Counted from the stretch's first letter, positions 52,535 through 64,000 are shown. The stretch: 64,000 bases of DNA from an uncultured Planctomycetaceae bacterium (GCA_963815195.1 CAWFGE010000013.1:288001-352000); one strand, 5' to 3'. Translations and numbers: made by a program. Notes: generated by a model not told the origin, from the letters alone.

Positions 52535-53794
52535 TCACGTCGTATAGTCCGCGTTCAAACGCACGTATTCCGCGGTGAGGTCGCTCGTCCAGAACCGCAC
52601 GCCCGCGTTGCCTTGGGAGAGGATGAGCTCGATGCTCGTTTCGCGGGTTTTTTTCAGGGACTGAGAAACGGCGGCGGCATCGAACGGCGTGGGTCGGCCA
52701 CTTTCGTAGAGCAGGGTGCCGTTTAGGCGGAGGGTGATCTCGGCTTCTTGAATCTCGACGCCGCTGTAGCCCACGGCGGAAACAATCCGGCCCCAGTTCG
52801 GATCGCCGCCGGCGATGGCGGTTTTGATCAGCGGCCCCTCGGCCACGGTTTTCGCAATGCGGTGCGCCTCTCCGCGGTTTCGGGCGCCCTGGACATCGAT
52901 CGTAATAAAATGCCCCGCGCCCTCGGCATCGCGAATGATCGCCTGGGCCAGTTCGGCGGAGAGAGAGTTGAGTGCAAGTTGAAACGGCGAGCCGACCAAC
53001 CTCCGGTCGGTGCCCGCGTAAGCCCCCTGGTTATTTCCACTGAAGGAACCGCTCTCTTTATTTTCATGACCAGGGGGCTTACGCCCCCCGCTCGCCAGGA
53101 GGATTACGGTGTCGCTGGTGCTCGTGTGGCCTTCGACGCTGATACAGTTGAAACTCTGATTCACCGCTTCCCGCAGCATGGCATCGGCCTCGGCGGGCGT
53201 GAGCGCTGCATCGGTCATAATCACCGAAAGCATCGTGGCCATGTTGGGGCCGATCATCGCTGCCCCCTTGGCCGCCCCGCTGATCCGCACGGTTGTTCCA
53301 GCGAGTTCCGCTTCCCGCACGGCTTGTTTGGAGACCGTGTCGGTCGTCATCATCGCCCGGGCCGCGTTGTGAAATGCCTCTGGAGTATCGGCCAGATGGG
53401 AAACCGCCAACGGAATGCCCGCCCCCAATTTCTCCAGCGGCAGAAACCGCCCGATGACGCCCGTCGAGCACACCAGGACATCTTCCGCGTCGCAGCCGAT
53501 TTGCTTGGCGAGTTCCGCGGTCATCCAGCGGGCGTCGTCTTCGCCCTTTTCGCCGGTGCAGGCGTTGGCATTGCCGGAGTTGATGATGACTGCCCGGGCC
53601 GAGCCTCGGGGAACCCGCGTCCGCGAGACCTTCACCGGGGCCCCGACGACTTTGTTCTGCGTGAACACCCCCGCCGCCGTGCAAGGCCCATCGGAGACGA
53701 AAATGGCCAGATCGAGCAACCCGGGATCAGGCTTCACCCCGCAATAGACCCCCGCGACGCGAAACCCTTGGGGCAATGGAAATGTCCCAGACAT
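52535..53794 (-). CDS. argJ: Ornithine acetyltransferase / N-acetylglutamate synthase
   Basis: NSGNANACTG, STGVIG, KGAAMIGPNMATML, TSTSD, GDPNWGRI, DLTAEYVRLNADYTT. Confidence 0.97.
   Translation of the reverse strand: MSGTFPLPQGFRVAGVYCGVKPDPGLLDLAIFVSDGPCTAAGVFTQNKVVGAPVKVSRTRVPRGSARAVIINSGNANACTGEKGEDDARWMTAELAKQIGCDAEDVLVCSTGVIGRFLPLEKLGAGIPLAVSHLADTPEAFHNAARAMMTTDTVSKQAVREAELAGTTVRISGAAKGAAMIGPNMATMLSVIMTDAALTPAEADAMLREAVNQSFNCISVEGHTSTSDTVILLASGGRKPPGHENKESGSFSGNNQGAYAGTDRRLVGSPFQLALNSLSAELAQAIIRDAEGAGHFITIDVQGARNRGEAHRIAKTVAEGPLIKTAIAGGDPNWGRIVSAVGYSGVEIQEAEITLRLNGTLLYESGRPTPFDAAAVSQSLKKTRETSIELILSQGNAGVRFWTSDLTAEYVRLNADYTT
52986..53096. repeat. REP doublet inside the argJ coding sequence
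   Basis: GGCGAGC..GCGTAAGCCCCCTGGT / ACCAGGGGGCTTACGCCCCCCGCTCGCC; related intergenic copy GGCGAGCGGCCGGCGTAAGCC at ~45788. Confidence 0.8.
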
Positions 53795-53816
53795 CAGCAC
53801 GATCCAAGAAAAAGGC

Positions 53817-53880
53817 CCCAAGCCGACGACTTGTCGTCGGATCTCGTCAGATTCGACCGACGACAAGTCGTCGGCTTGGG
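53817..53880. repeat. REP doublet CCCAAGCCGACGACTTGTCGTCGG-N16-inverse
   Basis: Perfect 24-bp inverted pair between argC and argJ. Confidence 0.92.
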
Positions 53881-53903
53881 TAGAAATCAATGATAGACAC
53901 GTT

Positions 53904-54914
53904 TCACATCAAAGCCGTCGTTTCCGGCAGGCCGAGCATCAGGTTGAAATTCTGCACCGCCACGCCCGCCGCGCCTTTGATGAGATTATCCGTCGCCGAG
54001 AACACAATCAACTGCCCCCGCGAGAACCTGAGGCCGATGTCGCAGAAATTCGTGTGGGCCACGTGCTTCGTCGCCGGGATGTGATCGACCACGCGGATGA
54101 ACGGCTTGTCCTGATAAAACTCGCGGTAAAGTTCGAGCAGCTCCGCTTCCGTTGCTTCGCGTTTGAGCCGGGGATACATCGTGCACAAAATGCCCCGGTC
54201 CATTGGGATCAAATGCGGCGTAAAGATCACGTGCACTTCTTTGCCGCTGGCTTGGGAGAGGACCTGCTCGATCTCCGGCGTGTGCCGGTGGTTGCCGACG
54301 CTGTAGGCGGTCAGGCTTTCGTTGCATTCGGGAAACAGCGTGGTGAGTTTGGGTTTCCGCCCGGCTCCGCTGACGCCGCTCTTGGCGTCGATGATAATGC
54401 CCGCCGGTTCGATCCAATCTTCGCACAACAGCGGCGCGAGTCCCAAAATTGACGTGCTGGTATAACAGCCGGGGTTGGCGACGAGGTCGGATTGGGGAAT
54501 GCGGTCGGCGAACAACTCCGGCAGCCCGTAAACCGTGCTGCCCAGCCGGGTGGGATCGGTGTGGACGAGGCCGTACCATTCCTCGTAAACGCCGGGATCG
54601 CTCAAGCGGTAGTCGGCGGAAAGATCGATCACCTTCGCCCCGCCCGCCAAGAGTTCGGGAATCGCTTCCATGCTCGCCCCGTGAGGCAGACAGCAAAACA
54701 CAAACTTCGCGCGGGCCGCGGTCTCGGCGGGGCTGAGATTCTCCAACCGCAAATCCAACAGCCCCGTCAACTGCGGATGCACTTCGCGAACGTGGGGCGA
54801 ATCCTCCTGGCGCGTGGTGAGGGCGGTGACCCGGGCCCCCGGATGCCGGACCAGAATTTTCAACAGTTCCAGCGCGGTGTAACCCGTCGCTCCCAAAATC
54901 GCAACGTCAGGCAT
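53904..54914 (-). CDS. argC: N-acetyl-gamma-glutamyl-phosphate reductase
   Basis: [45 protein letters not shown]. Confidence 0.97.
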   Translation of the reverse strand: MPDVAILGATGYTALELLKILVRHPGARVTALTTRQEDSPHVREVHPQLTGLLDLRLENLSPAETAARAKFVFCCLPHGASMEAIPELLAGGAKVIDLSADYRLSDPGVYEEWYGLVHTDPTRLGSTVYGLPELFADRIPQSDLVANPGCYTSTSILGLAPLLCEDWIEPAGIIIDAKSGVSGAGRKPKLTTLFPECNESLTAYSVGNHRHTPEIEQVLSQASGKEVHVIFTPHLIPMDRGILCTMYPRLKREATEAELLELYREFYQDKPFIRVVDHIPATKHVAHTNFCDIGLRFSRGQLIVFSATDNLIKGAAGVAVQNFNLMLGLPETTALM

Positions 54915-55348
54915 GGTTTTTAAGAAATCCCAATGACCAGGCACCAATGACCAACTCAAAGTGCAAACGGTTGGGTGGCTGGGGCGCAAATCCCCCTTTG
55001 AATCAGGCTTAGGTTGCAAATACTGGGGCTATGGACGAGCTAGAAAAAAATCACATGGCCCCAGACCTCTGAACCCTGTTGTCCTCGGGATTTTCTTTTG
55101 CGCCCCAGCCACCCTTCAGCTTCCATTTGCAGTCTGAGCAACCAACAAGACCGACGCCATTTTCGTGCGCGGGTTCGCGGATCGCAAGCGGCAATCGGAA
55201 CATTTGGGTTTGGCGCTTTTCAAAGCGGACCGAAAAGGTCAGAATACCATTCTCCACCATAGCCCTATTCGCCCATTTCCTTTCGATTTGGGATGATTGT
55301 CTCACGGTCTCAAAACTGACACACACCATTTGAACGAGGACTTCTCTC

Positions 55349-56581
55349 ATGGCCGGCATTGCTCAATTGGCTTCCAGCGCGCTCACCGAAGGCGGCGGGA
55401 TTTTTCGTTTGGCCCCGACTTGGGTTCCCCGCTCGTTTCTGCAACCGGGCCGGCGTTTGAAACTGCACCCCGCCGACTATTACGCCCTGGGCATGCATCG
55501 CGGCGGGATCGATGAACGCTGGTTCGGTTCCACCACCGCCGCCGCCAACGAAGGCGCGCCGCCCGATGAAGGTTTGAGCTACTGCGTCTTCGGCGGTCAA
55601 AAATTCACGCTGCGAGACGCCGTCGCCGAGCTCAAGTCCGAGGTCATCGGCGACCCCATCTGGAACACCTACCAGCGCTGGCCGGTGTATTCCAAGTTCT
55701 TCGACAACATGGGCCCGATCCCGCACCACATGCACCAAAACGCCGAGCAGGCGAAGCTCGTCGGCCAGGAAGGCAAACCGGAGTCGTATTACTTCCCGCC
55801 GCAGATGAACGCCATCGGCAATAACTTTCCCTACACGTTCTTGGGCCTGGAGCCGGGCACGACGAAGCAGGACGTGATCGACTGCCTGGCCCGCTGGAAC
55901 GACGGCGACAACGGCATTTTGGATCTCTCCAAAGCCTACCGCCTGAAACCGGGCACCGGCTGGCTCGATGCCGCCTTGCGTGCTGCACGCCCCGGGCAGC
56001 CTGGTGACGTATGAGCCGCAATGGGGCAGCGACGTGTTCGGCATGTATCAGTCGATGGTCGAAGGCCGCGCCGTGCCGCGGTCGCTGCTGACGAAGGACT
56101 TCCCCGAAGGACAAGCACGACAATCTGGAATACCTCGTCGATGCCCTCGACTGGGAAGGCAACGTGAACCCCAGCTTCAAGGACAGCCATTACCTGGAGC
56201 CGATCCCCGTTCAGCGATACCGCGTCCGAAGGCTGGGTGGACCGCTGGATCGTGTACGGCAAAGTGGCGGGGCAGCAGCTCTTCACCGCGAAGGAACTGA
56301 CCGTGAACCCCGGCGCAAAGTGCACGATCAAAGACGGCGGAGCCTACGGCTGGATCACCGTGCAAGGCGAAGGCAAGATCGGCAACCTCAAGCTGCAAAC
56401 GCCGGCGATGATCCGCTTCGGCGAGATGACCGAAGACGAAGTCTTCGTCACCGCCAAAGCCGCCGCCCAAGGTGTGACCGTCGAAAACACCGGCACCGAA
56501 CCCTTGGTCAGCCTCCGCTACTTCGGCCCGGACGCGCAACCGGGCGCGCCGAATGTGGGCGACCACAAGAAGTCAAAATGA
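55349..56581 (+). CDS. Cupin-fold, phosphomannose-isomerase-like protein (three apparent 1-nt insertions at ~55966, ~56110, ~56210)
   Basis: KFFDNMGPIPHHMH, KPESYYF, LHAPGSLVTYEPQ; four ORF pieces join and return to the starting frame. Confidence 0.75.
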
Positions 56582-56597
56582 CTCACGAGAGAGATAA

Positions 56598-56661
56598 CCC
56601 AAGCCGACGACTTGTCGTCGGTTTAATCTTCAACGCTCCGACGACAAGTCGTCGGCTTGGG
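56598..56661. repeat. REP doublet CCCAAGCCGACGACTTGTCGTCGG-N16-inverse, upstream of the transposase
   Basis: Perfect 24-bp inverted pair ending 11 bp before the ATG. Confidence 0.92.
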
Positions 56662-56672
56662 AGATTGAAGTC

Positions 56673-57197
56673 ATGGCAAAGTGGTGGCTGGTAACCTGGA
56701 CGACTTATGCCACATGGCTTCCCGGTGACCCCCGCGGTTTTCAAACCTGGAGGAATCGTGAATACGTTCCACCTCCGAAGCGTTATGCTCACGCAGACGA
56801 ACCTGTTTATGAGGCCGCAACTTATCAAGAAAGGCACGAACAGGCTGCCGAAAAATCGGATCCTCCGATCATTTTTACATTGGAACAGCAGCAAGTTGTC
56901 TTGGAGGCTTTGGTTAGCGAGATCGCAGAATTGTCGCTGCAATCATCCGTCCTATCTGTCGGCCCCACCCACGTCCATTGGCTCGCACGATTTGGAGAAC
57001 TTTTGATTCGTCCAACTGTGGGCCGTATCAAGGCCGCGGCGACGACCGCATTGCGAGCGAATGGCTTTCTCGGAAAACGGCCATGGACGAAAGGATGTCA
57101 CATGAAATCGAAAACCACGGACGAGGAATTCTCAAATGCCCGAGAATACATCAAATGGCATGTGGACGAGGGCTGTTTAGTTTACGATTGGGATTAA
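56673..57197 (+). mobile_element. REP-associated tyrosine (HUH/Y1, IS200-like) transposase, RAYT-like
   Basis: LVTWTTYATWLPGD N-terminus, HUH motif THVH, W..G, and AREYI helix carrying the predicted catalytic Tyr; flanked by REP doublets. Confidence 0.85.
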
Positions 57198-57258
57198 ACC
57201 ACCACTTGTCACCGGTTCAAGTTGTGGATTGATTCCGACGACAAGTCGTCGGCTTGGG
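57196..57258. repeat. REP doublet downstream of the transposase (left unit degenerate)
   Basis: AAACCACCACTTGTCACCGG ... CCGACGACAAGTCGTCGGCTTGGG (57235-57258). Confidence 0.85.
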
Positions 57259-57288
57259 GAAAATAAACAAAGTTTTTGGAGACAATCA

Positions 57289-58345
<1,057 letters not shown>

Positions 58346-58363
58346 ATAAGATTCACCCAACTC

Positions 58364-58412
58364 CCCAAGCCGACGACTTGTCGTCGGTCCGACGGCAAGC
58401 CGTCGGCTTGGG
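58364..58412. repeat. REP doublet with a 1-nt spacer
   Basis: CCCAAGCCGACGACTTGTCGTCGG-T-CCGACGGCAAGCCGTCGGCTTGGG. Confidence 0.92.
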
Positions 58413-58475
58413 TTCTGTTTTGATACACCATCTTGTGTTTCACCCCGCGAACTGGCAACAAGGAGTTTTCGATCC

Positions 58476-59618
58476 ATGTCAAACGCAAAACCCCTCAATA
58501 TCGGCCTCATCGGTTATGGCTTTATGGGCCGGACGCATACGAATGCGTATCGGCAGGCGCCCAAGTTTTTTGATTTGGAATACGAACCCGTCCTCAAGGC
58601 GTGTTGTGCGCGGAATGAGGACAAGATCAAAGACTTCGCGGACAATTGGGGGTATGAATCCTACGAGACGGATTGGAAGAAGCTCATCGCGCGGGATGAT
58701 ATTGATGCCGTCGATATCTGCACGCCGAACAATCTGCACAAGGAAATCGCGCTCGCCGCCGCCAAGGCCGGCAAGATGATTCTCTGCGAAAAGCCGCTGG
58801 CGATGAACACGGCCGAGGGCGAGGAGATGTGTAAAGCCGTGGAAGAGGCGGGGGTGGCGAACATCGTGTGGTACAACTACCGCCGGGTGCCCGCGGTGAC
58901 GTTGGCGAAGCAACTGATCGATGAAGGCCGGCTGGGGCGGATTTTCCATTACCGGGCGGTGTTTTTGCAGGACTGGACGATCTCGGCCGATGTCCCGCAG
59001 GGCGGAGCGGCCACCTGGCGGTTGGACGTGAACGCCGCGGGCAGCGGGGTGACCGGGGACCTGTTGGCCCATTGCATCGACACGGCGATCTGGCTCAACG
59101 GCGGGATTTCCACCGTCAACGCGATGACGGAAACCTTCGTCAAAGAGCGCGTCCACGCCGAGACGGGCCAGAAGCAGAAAGTCGGCATCGACGACGCCTG
59201 CGCCTTCCTGGCGAAGTTCAAAAACGGTTCACTGGCGACGTTCGAATCGACCCGCTACGCCCGCGGGCACAAGGCGCTTTATACGTTCGAAATCAACGGC
59301 GAAAATGCTTCGATTGCCTGGGATTTGCACGATTTGCACCGCTTGAGCTATTTCGATCACCGGGACGATTCCCTCGTCCGCGGCTGGCGGAGCGTGCACG
59401 TCACCGATACCGACATGCCTTACATGGGCCACTGGTGGGTGCCGGGCCTGCAGATCGGCTATGAACACACCTTCATCCATCAAGTGGCCGACTTCTGCGA
59501 AGGCCTCGCCACCGGAAAGCCCGCCGGCCCCACGTTCCGCGACGCCCTGGAAACCCAAAAAATCTGCGACGGCGTGCTCCAAAGTGCGAAAGACGGAAAG
59601 TGGGTCGAGATCGCCTGA
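58476..59618 (+). CDS. Gfo/Idh/MocA oxidoreductase
   Basis: [32 protein letters not shown]. Confidence 0.95.
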   Translation: MSNAKPLNIGLIGYGFMGRTHTNAYRQAPKFFDLEYEPVLKACCARNEDKIKDFADNWGYESYETDWKKLIARDDIDAVDICTPNNLHKEIALAAAKAGKMILCEKPLAMNTAEGEEMCKAVEEAGVANIVWYNYRRVPAVTLAKQLIDEGRLGRIFHYRAVFLQDWTISADVPQGGAATWRLDVNAAGSGVTGDLLAHCIDTAIWLNGGISTVNAMTETFVKERVHAETGQKQKVGIDDACAFLAKFKNGSLATFESTRYARGHKALYTFEINGENASIAWDLHDLHRLSYFDHRDDSLVRGWRSVHVTDTDMPYMGHWWVPGLQIGYEHTFIHQVADFCEGLATGKPAGPTFRDALETQKICDGVLQSAKDGKWVEIA

Positions 59619-59635
59619 TCGCTTGGCAGAAGATA

Positions 59636-59723
59636 GGGAGAAGGGGAGATCGGGAGAGGGGGAGAAGCAGATTTCTGCATTTTCTCCCCCTCTCCCGATC
59701 TCCTTGTCTCCCCCTCTTGTCTC
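59636..59723. repeat. Purine/pyrimidine-asymmetric inverted repeat (REP-like)
   Basis: GGAGATCGGGAGAGGGGGAGAA / TTCTCCCCCTCTCCCGATCTCC. Confidence 0.7.
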
Positions 59724-59765
59724 CACGCGGGTCGAGGGGCCTTTTCACTTTTTGCCGCTGACTCC

Positions 59766-59865
59766 TTGAAGAATAGCCCATCTAGCCGCTAGGATTGAGT
59801 GTATTGCGGACAACATTTCCGATGGTCGAATGCTTCCCGGCGGGAGCATCGGCCATCGCCTTTTT
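59766..59865 (+). promoter_or_regulatory. Putative greA promoter and leader terminator
   Basis: TTGAAG-N18-TAGGAT, then hairpin 59820-59858 followed by CCTTTTT, upstream of the greA RBS. Confidence 0.55.
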
Positions 59866-59931
59866 GTTGGCCGCCTTTTTTCGTGTTTGGAACGAAACGA
59901 ATTTTTCACCTCCTTCACACAGGAGACCGCG

Positions 59932-60414
59932 ATGGATCGGCAACCGATTTCCCGCAAGGGTTACGACAAGATCAAAGCCGAGATCGACAAGCTGGAAGAC
60001 GAGTTGACCAAGGTGGCCGAGCAGATCAAACTGGCCCGCGAGGAAGGCGACCTCAGCGAAAACGCCGAGTACCACGGCCAACGCGAGACGCAGGGCATGC
60101 TCCAGGCCAAGGTCAACCAGCTCAAATCCAAGCTGGCCGACTGTTATATTGTGGATGCGTCCACGATGCCCAAGGACGTGGTGAACTTCGGCTCCATCGT
60201 CACCGTGAAAGACGTCTCGGACGGACTGGAAGAGCAATACATGCTCGTCGGTCCCGGCGAAGAGGACTACAACAGCGAACCCATGAAAATCCTCACCAAC
60301 AGCCCGATCGCCCAAGGCCTGTTGGGCAAAAAAGTCGGCGACCAGACCGAAGTCGAAATCCCCGCCGGCAAAGTCACGTTTGAAATCGTGGCGATTGAGT
60401 TCGAAAACGAGTAA
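59932..60414 (+). CDS. greA: Transcription elongation factor GreA
   Basis: [41 protein letters not shown]. Confidence 0.96.
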   Translation: MDRQPISRKGYDKIKAEIDKLEDELTKVAEQIKLAREEGDLSENAEYHGQRETQGMLQAKVNQLKSKLADCYIVDASTMPKDVVNFGSIVTVKDVSDGLEEQYMLVGPGEEDYNSEPMKILTNSPIAQGLLGKKVGDQTEVEIPAGKVTFEIVAIEFENE

Positions 60415-60516
60415 GGGCACCGCGAAACACGAAGGAAGAGAGAGAGTCTTTCGCGGATTCAAGCAGTCGTGGTCACGGGCCTGTCCCCATTTTTATCAAG
60501 CCAGGAGTAATGCATC

Positions 60517-61767
60517 GTGCGATTGATGTTCGATTTTTCGTTGGCTTTATTGTTATTCGCATCGACTCTTCACGCCGAGAACTGGCCGCAGTTTCGGGGG
60601 CCGGATGGGCAGGGGCATTCCTCGGCCGCGAATCTGCCGACCGAATGGAGCAATACCAAAAACGCCCTGTGGCAGACGCCGATTCCCGGCGAGGGCTGGT
60701 CGTCGCCGGTGGTCTGGGGCGATCGGATTTTCCTGACGACGGCGGTGCCTTCGGAAGAGGTCAAGAACCAATACTCGCTCAGGACGTTGTGCCTCGCAGG
60801 AGATACGGGAAAGGTTCTGTGGAATGTGGAAGTCTTCCAGGAGTCGCCGAAGTCGTCGCAGCGGATCCACAACAAAAACAGCCACGCCAGCCCCACGCCC
60901 GTCACCGACGGCAAACACCTGTTCGTCCATTTCGGAGCCCACGGCACGGCTTGTTTGACTTTTGACGGCAAGATCGTCTGGCGAAATGGCGAACTCGCGT
61001 ATCCCATGAACCACGGCACCGGCGGCTCGCCCGTGTTGGTGGACGGCCTTTTATTTTTCAGCTGCGACGGTTCGAAGAATCCCTTCGTGGTCGCGCTCGA
61101 TCAGGCCACCGGCAAAGTTCGCTGGAAGAAAGACCGGCCCAAGGTCACCAATTCCAAAACGTTCTCGTTCAGCACGCCCTTGGTCATCGAAGTGGACGGC
61201 GAGCAGCAAATTGTCAGCCCCGCCACCAATCAGGTCGTGGCCTACCGGCCGAAAGACGGCAAGGTTATCTGGTCGGCGGGATATGACGGGTACTCCGTGA
61301 TCCCGCGGCCGGTGTATGCCGAGGGCCTGGTGTTTCTTTCCACGAGTTACAACAATGCCGTCGCGATGGCGATTTCTCCGGAAGGCGAAGGCGACGTGAC
61401 CTCGACCAATGTCGCCTGGGAAAACAAGCGGGCCGCCCCGCATACGCCGTCGATGCTCGTCGTCGGCAAGGAAATCTACATGGTCAGCGACCGGGGCATC
61501 GCGACCTGTGCGGACGCCCAATCCGGCAAGGTGCACTGGCAAGAGCGGTTGGGCGGGAATTTCTCGGCCTCCCCTCTTTACGGCGACGGGAAAATCTATT
61601 TCCAAAGTGAGGAGGGCGTGGGGATTGTGATCAAGCCCGGGACGACGTACGAGGAACTGGCCCGCAATCCGATGAGCGCGCGCACGCTGGCGTCCTCTGG
61701 GGTGATCGATTCCGACCTCTTAATCCGCACCGATGCCGCGCTGTTTCGGATTCATCAGCCGCAATGA
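60517..61767 (+). CDS. Secreted PQQ-like/BamB-type beta-propeller protein
   Basis: Signal peptide, ENWPQFRGP, repeated SSPVV/ASPTP and G..W motifs. Confidence 0.9.
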   Translation: MRLMFDFSLALLLFASTLHAENWPQFRGPDGQGHSSAANLPTEWSNTKNALWQTPIPGEGWSSPVVWGDRIFLTTAVPSEEVKNQYSLRTLCLAGDTGKVLWNVEVFQESPKSSQRIHNKNSHASPTPVTDGKHLFVHFGAHGTACLTFDGKIVWRNGELAYPMNHGTGGSPVLVDGLLFFSCDGSKNPFVVALDQATGKVRWKKDRPKVTNSKTFSFSTPLVIEVDGEQQIVSPATNQVVAYRPKDGKVIWSAGYDGYSVIPRPVYAEGLVFLSTSYNNAVAMAISPEGEGDVTSTNVAWENKRAAPHTPSMLVVGKEIYMVSDRGIATCADAQSGKVHWQERLGGNFSASPLYGDGKIYFQSEEGVGIVIKPGTTYEELARNPMSARTLASSGVIDSDLLIRTDAALFRIHQPQ

Positions 61768-61849
61768 ACGACTCGAAATTCATCGGCGACCGGCTAGAAT
61801 AATCATTGGGAGAACGAGGACGGATTTCATTCCCGGGGAAAGGGAGCGT

Positions 61850-64000
61850 GTGAGTCAGCAGACGGATTTGGATTTGCCTGAGGCCGTGGAGGCCGAGACC
61901 CAGCGGATCGGCCGCAAACTTTGGCAGTCGATGGAGCGCCGCTCGGCTTCGATTTTTGAACGGCGGTGGTGGGACGACCGCATCTTGTCCTGGGCCATGT
62001 CGGACGAATCGGTCAAGGTGCAGATGTTTCGCTTCGTCGATGTGCTGCCCATGCTGCACACCCACGAATCCGTCACCCGCCATCTGCAGGAATACTTCGA
62101 GGAAGTCCGCAAGGCTCTGCCTTGGGCGGCCCGATTGGGACTGAACGTCTCGCAGCCGAACACCGTCATGGGCCGATTGGTGGCGGTGAATGCCCGCAAC
62201 AACGCCCGCAACATGGCCCGCCGCTTCATCGCGGGATCGAATGTCGAAGAGGTGTTGCAATCCGTGGCGAAGCTTCGCCGGCAGGGGTTTGCCTTCACGC
62301 TCGATCTCTTGGGCGAAGCCGTGATGAGCGAGCGCGAAGCCACCCTCTACCAGCAGCAGTATCTCGATCTGATCGAAGGCCTCGCCCCGCAGGTCAACGA
62401 ATGGGCCGAGAACATGCAGATCGACTGCGATCAGTTCGGCCCGATTCCCCGCGTCAACGTTTCGCTGAAGCTCTCGGCCCTCTACAGCCAGTTCCGGCCG
62501 ATCGATCCCGCGGGAACGGCGGAAGGCGTGAAATCGCGACTGCGGCCGCTGCTCCGGGCCGCGCGCGAACGCGACGCCTACGTGCATGTGGACATGGAGC
62601 ATTACGCGTATAAAAACCTCACGATCGAGATCTTCAAGCAGGTGTTGATGGAGGAGGAGTTCCGCGATTTTCCCGATGTGGGGATCGTGATTCAAACTTA
62701 TCTTCCCGATGCGGAGGACGACCTGGCGGGGCTGTTGGAATGGGTCCGAAAACGCGGGACGCCGGTGTGGGTCCGGTTGGTCAAGGGGGCGTATTGGGAT
62801 TTTGAAACCGTCCACGCGAAGGCCGAGAGCTGGCCGGTTCCCGTCTATCTGCAGAAGTGGCAGTCGGACGAAAACTTCGAGCGGCAGACGCGGTTCGTGA
62901 TGCAGCATCACGATTGGCTCCGGCCGCAGATCGCCAGCCATAACCTGCGGAGCCTCTGCCACGCCGTCGCCTGGGCGAAGGAACTCGGCATCCCGCCGGC
63001 CGCGTTTGAACTGCAGATGCTCTACGGCATGGGGGCGGAACTCGCCCAACTGCTCGCGGAGATGGGACACCGCGTCCGCATCTACACTCCGTTTGGAGAA
63101 TTGATTCCCGGCATGGCGTATCTCGTCCGCCGGCTTTTGGAGAACACATCGAACGATTCGTTCCTGCGGCAGAGTTTCCGCGAGAACGTGTCCTTGGAGG
63201 ATTTGTTGATGAACCCGACCGCGAAGGGCAAGAAGACCCCGCCGCCCGAAAAAGAGCCCGCCCCGGAGTTCCAGAACGAGCCGCATTCCGACTTCAGCAA
63301 GGCCAAGGTCCGCGAGGCGATGCGGGCGGCGGTTGAGGATGTCGAATCGCAGTTGGGCGAGGAATATTCGCTGGTCATCGGCGGCCGGGCGGTGGACGGC
63401 AAGACCACGATGCTCTCCCGCAATCCCTCCGACAAATTGCAACTCGTGGGGACCGTCGCCTCGGCCAGTGCCGACCAGGCGGTCGAAGCCATCGAAGCGG
63501 CCCGGCGGGCCTTTCCGCGCTGGTCGCGGGAGAAAGTCGATTACCGCTGCGAGTACTTGGAACTCGTCGCCGCGGAGCTTCGGAATCGGCGGTTCGAGAT
63601 CGCCGCGTGGGAAGTTTTCGAGTGCGGCAAGCCCTGGGCGGAAGCCGACGCCGACGTCGCCGAGGCCATCGACTTCTGCATGTATTATGCCCACCAGATG
63701 CGCGAGTTGGCGCGACCTCAGCAACACGACCTGCCCGGCGAGGAGAACACCTACAGCTACCGGGCGCGAGGCGTCGCGGTCGTGATCGCCCCCTGGAATT
63801 TCCCGCTGGCGATTTTGACGGGCATGACCGTGGCCGCCTTGGTGACGGGGAACGCCGTCATTATGAAGCCCGCCGAGCAATCCCCGATCGTGGCGGCGAA
63901 GCTCATGGAAATCTTCCAGAACGCGGGCATTCCCGACGGCGTGGTGAATTTCCTGCCGGGCGTCGGCGAAGAAGTCGGCCCGGAACTCGTGGGCAATCCC
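61850..64000 (+). CDS. putA: Bifunctional proline dehydrogenase / P5C dehydrogenase (3' end runs off the window)
   Basis: Not in the ORF track. Open from GTG 61850: QMFRFVDVLP, DLLGE, VDME, RLVKGAYWD, ASHN, FELQMLYGM, AYLVRRLLEN, then ALDH motifs EAIDF, IAPWNFPLAI, MKPAEQ. Confidence 0.95.
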   Translation, partial: MSQQTDLDLPEAVEAETQRIGRKLWQSMERRSASIFERRWWDDRILSWAMSDESVKVQMFRFVDVLPMLHTHESVTRHLQEYFEEVRKALPWAARLGLNVSQPNTVMGRLVAVNARNNARNMARRFIAGSNVEEVLQSVAKLRRQGFAFTLDLLGEAVMSEREATLYQQQYLDLIEGLAPQVNEWAENMQIDCDQFGPIPRVNVSLKLSALYSQFRPIDPAGTAEGVKSRLRPLLRAARERDAYVHVDMEHYAYKNLTIEIFKQVLMEEEFRDFPDVGIVIQTYLPDAEDDLAGLLEWVRKRGTPVWVRLVKGAYWDFETVHAKAESWPVPVYLQKWQSDENFERQTRFVMQHHDWLRPQIASHNLRSLCHAVAWAKELGIPPAAFELQMLYGMGAELAQLLAEMGHRVRIYTPFGELIPGMAYLVRRLLENTSNDSFLRQSFRENVSLEDLLMNPTAKGKKTPPPEKEPAPEFQNEPHSDFSKAKVREAMRAAVEDVESQLGEEYSLVIGGRAVDGKTTMLSRNPSDKLQLVGTVASASADQAVEAIEAARRAFPRWSREKVDYRCEYLELVAAELRNRRFEIAAWEVFECGKPWAEADADVAEAIDFCMYYAHQMRELARPQQHDLPGEENTYSYRARGVAVVIAPWNFPLAILTGMTVAALVTGNAVIMKPAEQSPIVAAKLMEIFQNAGIPDGVVNFLPGVGEEVGPELVGNP

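Noticed and set aside
61631..63880. 749-aa minus-strand ORF
   Set aside because: Antisense shadow of putA, typical of high-GC coding DNA.

Overview
GC-rich bacterial chromosome segment. Gene content (ENWPQFRGP propeller protein, PutA type, many Gfo/Idh/MocA enzymes, REP styles) suggests Planctomycetota; this is inference only. Layout: (1) 1-12.5 kb, minus-strand flagellar basal-body/export operon (TPR protein, FlgN-like, flgB-flgC-fliE-fliF-fliG-fliH-fliI-fliJ, MotE/FlbB-like, fliK) interrupted by ~130-bp MITE-like elements; (2) 12.9-28.3 kb, housekeeping and hypothetical genes (MoxR/DUF58, LRR protein, nadB, Usp, CPBP protease, C26 homologue, tsaE, prs); (3) 28.5-43.5 kb, an unusual PUFA-synthase/Hgl-like type I PKS cluster: reductase-SCP2, stand-alone triple ACP, KS-KS(inactive)-AT-C45/Ntn-hydrolase-KR-DH megasynthase, PPTase, Rieske oxygenase, FabL-like enoyl reductase, plus a divergent phytol/dolichol-kinase-like gene; (4) 43.7-64 kb, catabolic and housekeeping genes, including a Tat-signal EutB-EutC fusion, an AT-richer GTPase two-gene cassette, argJ/argC (argJ carries an in-frame REP doublet), an HUH/Y1 REP-associated transposase flanked by its palindromic REP doublets, greA with a leader terminator, and putA. 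About a dozen small frameshifts in otherwise intact genes look like sequencing/assembly indels. No rRNA, tRNA or CRISPR array was seen.
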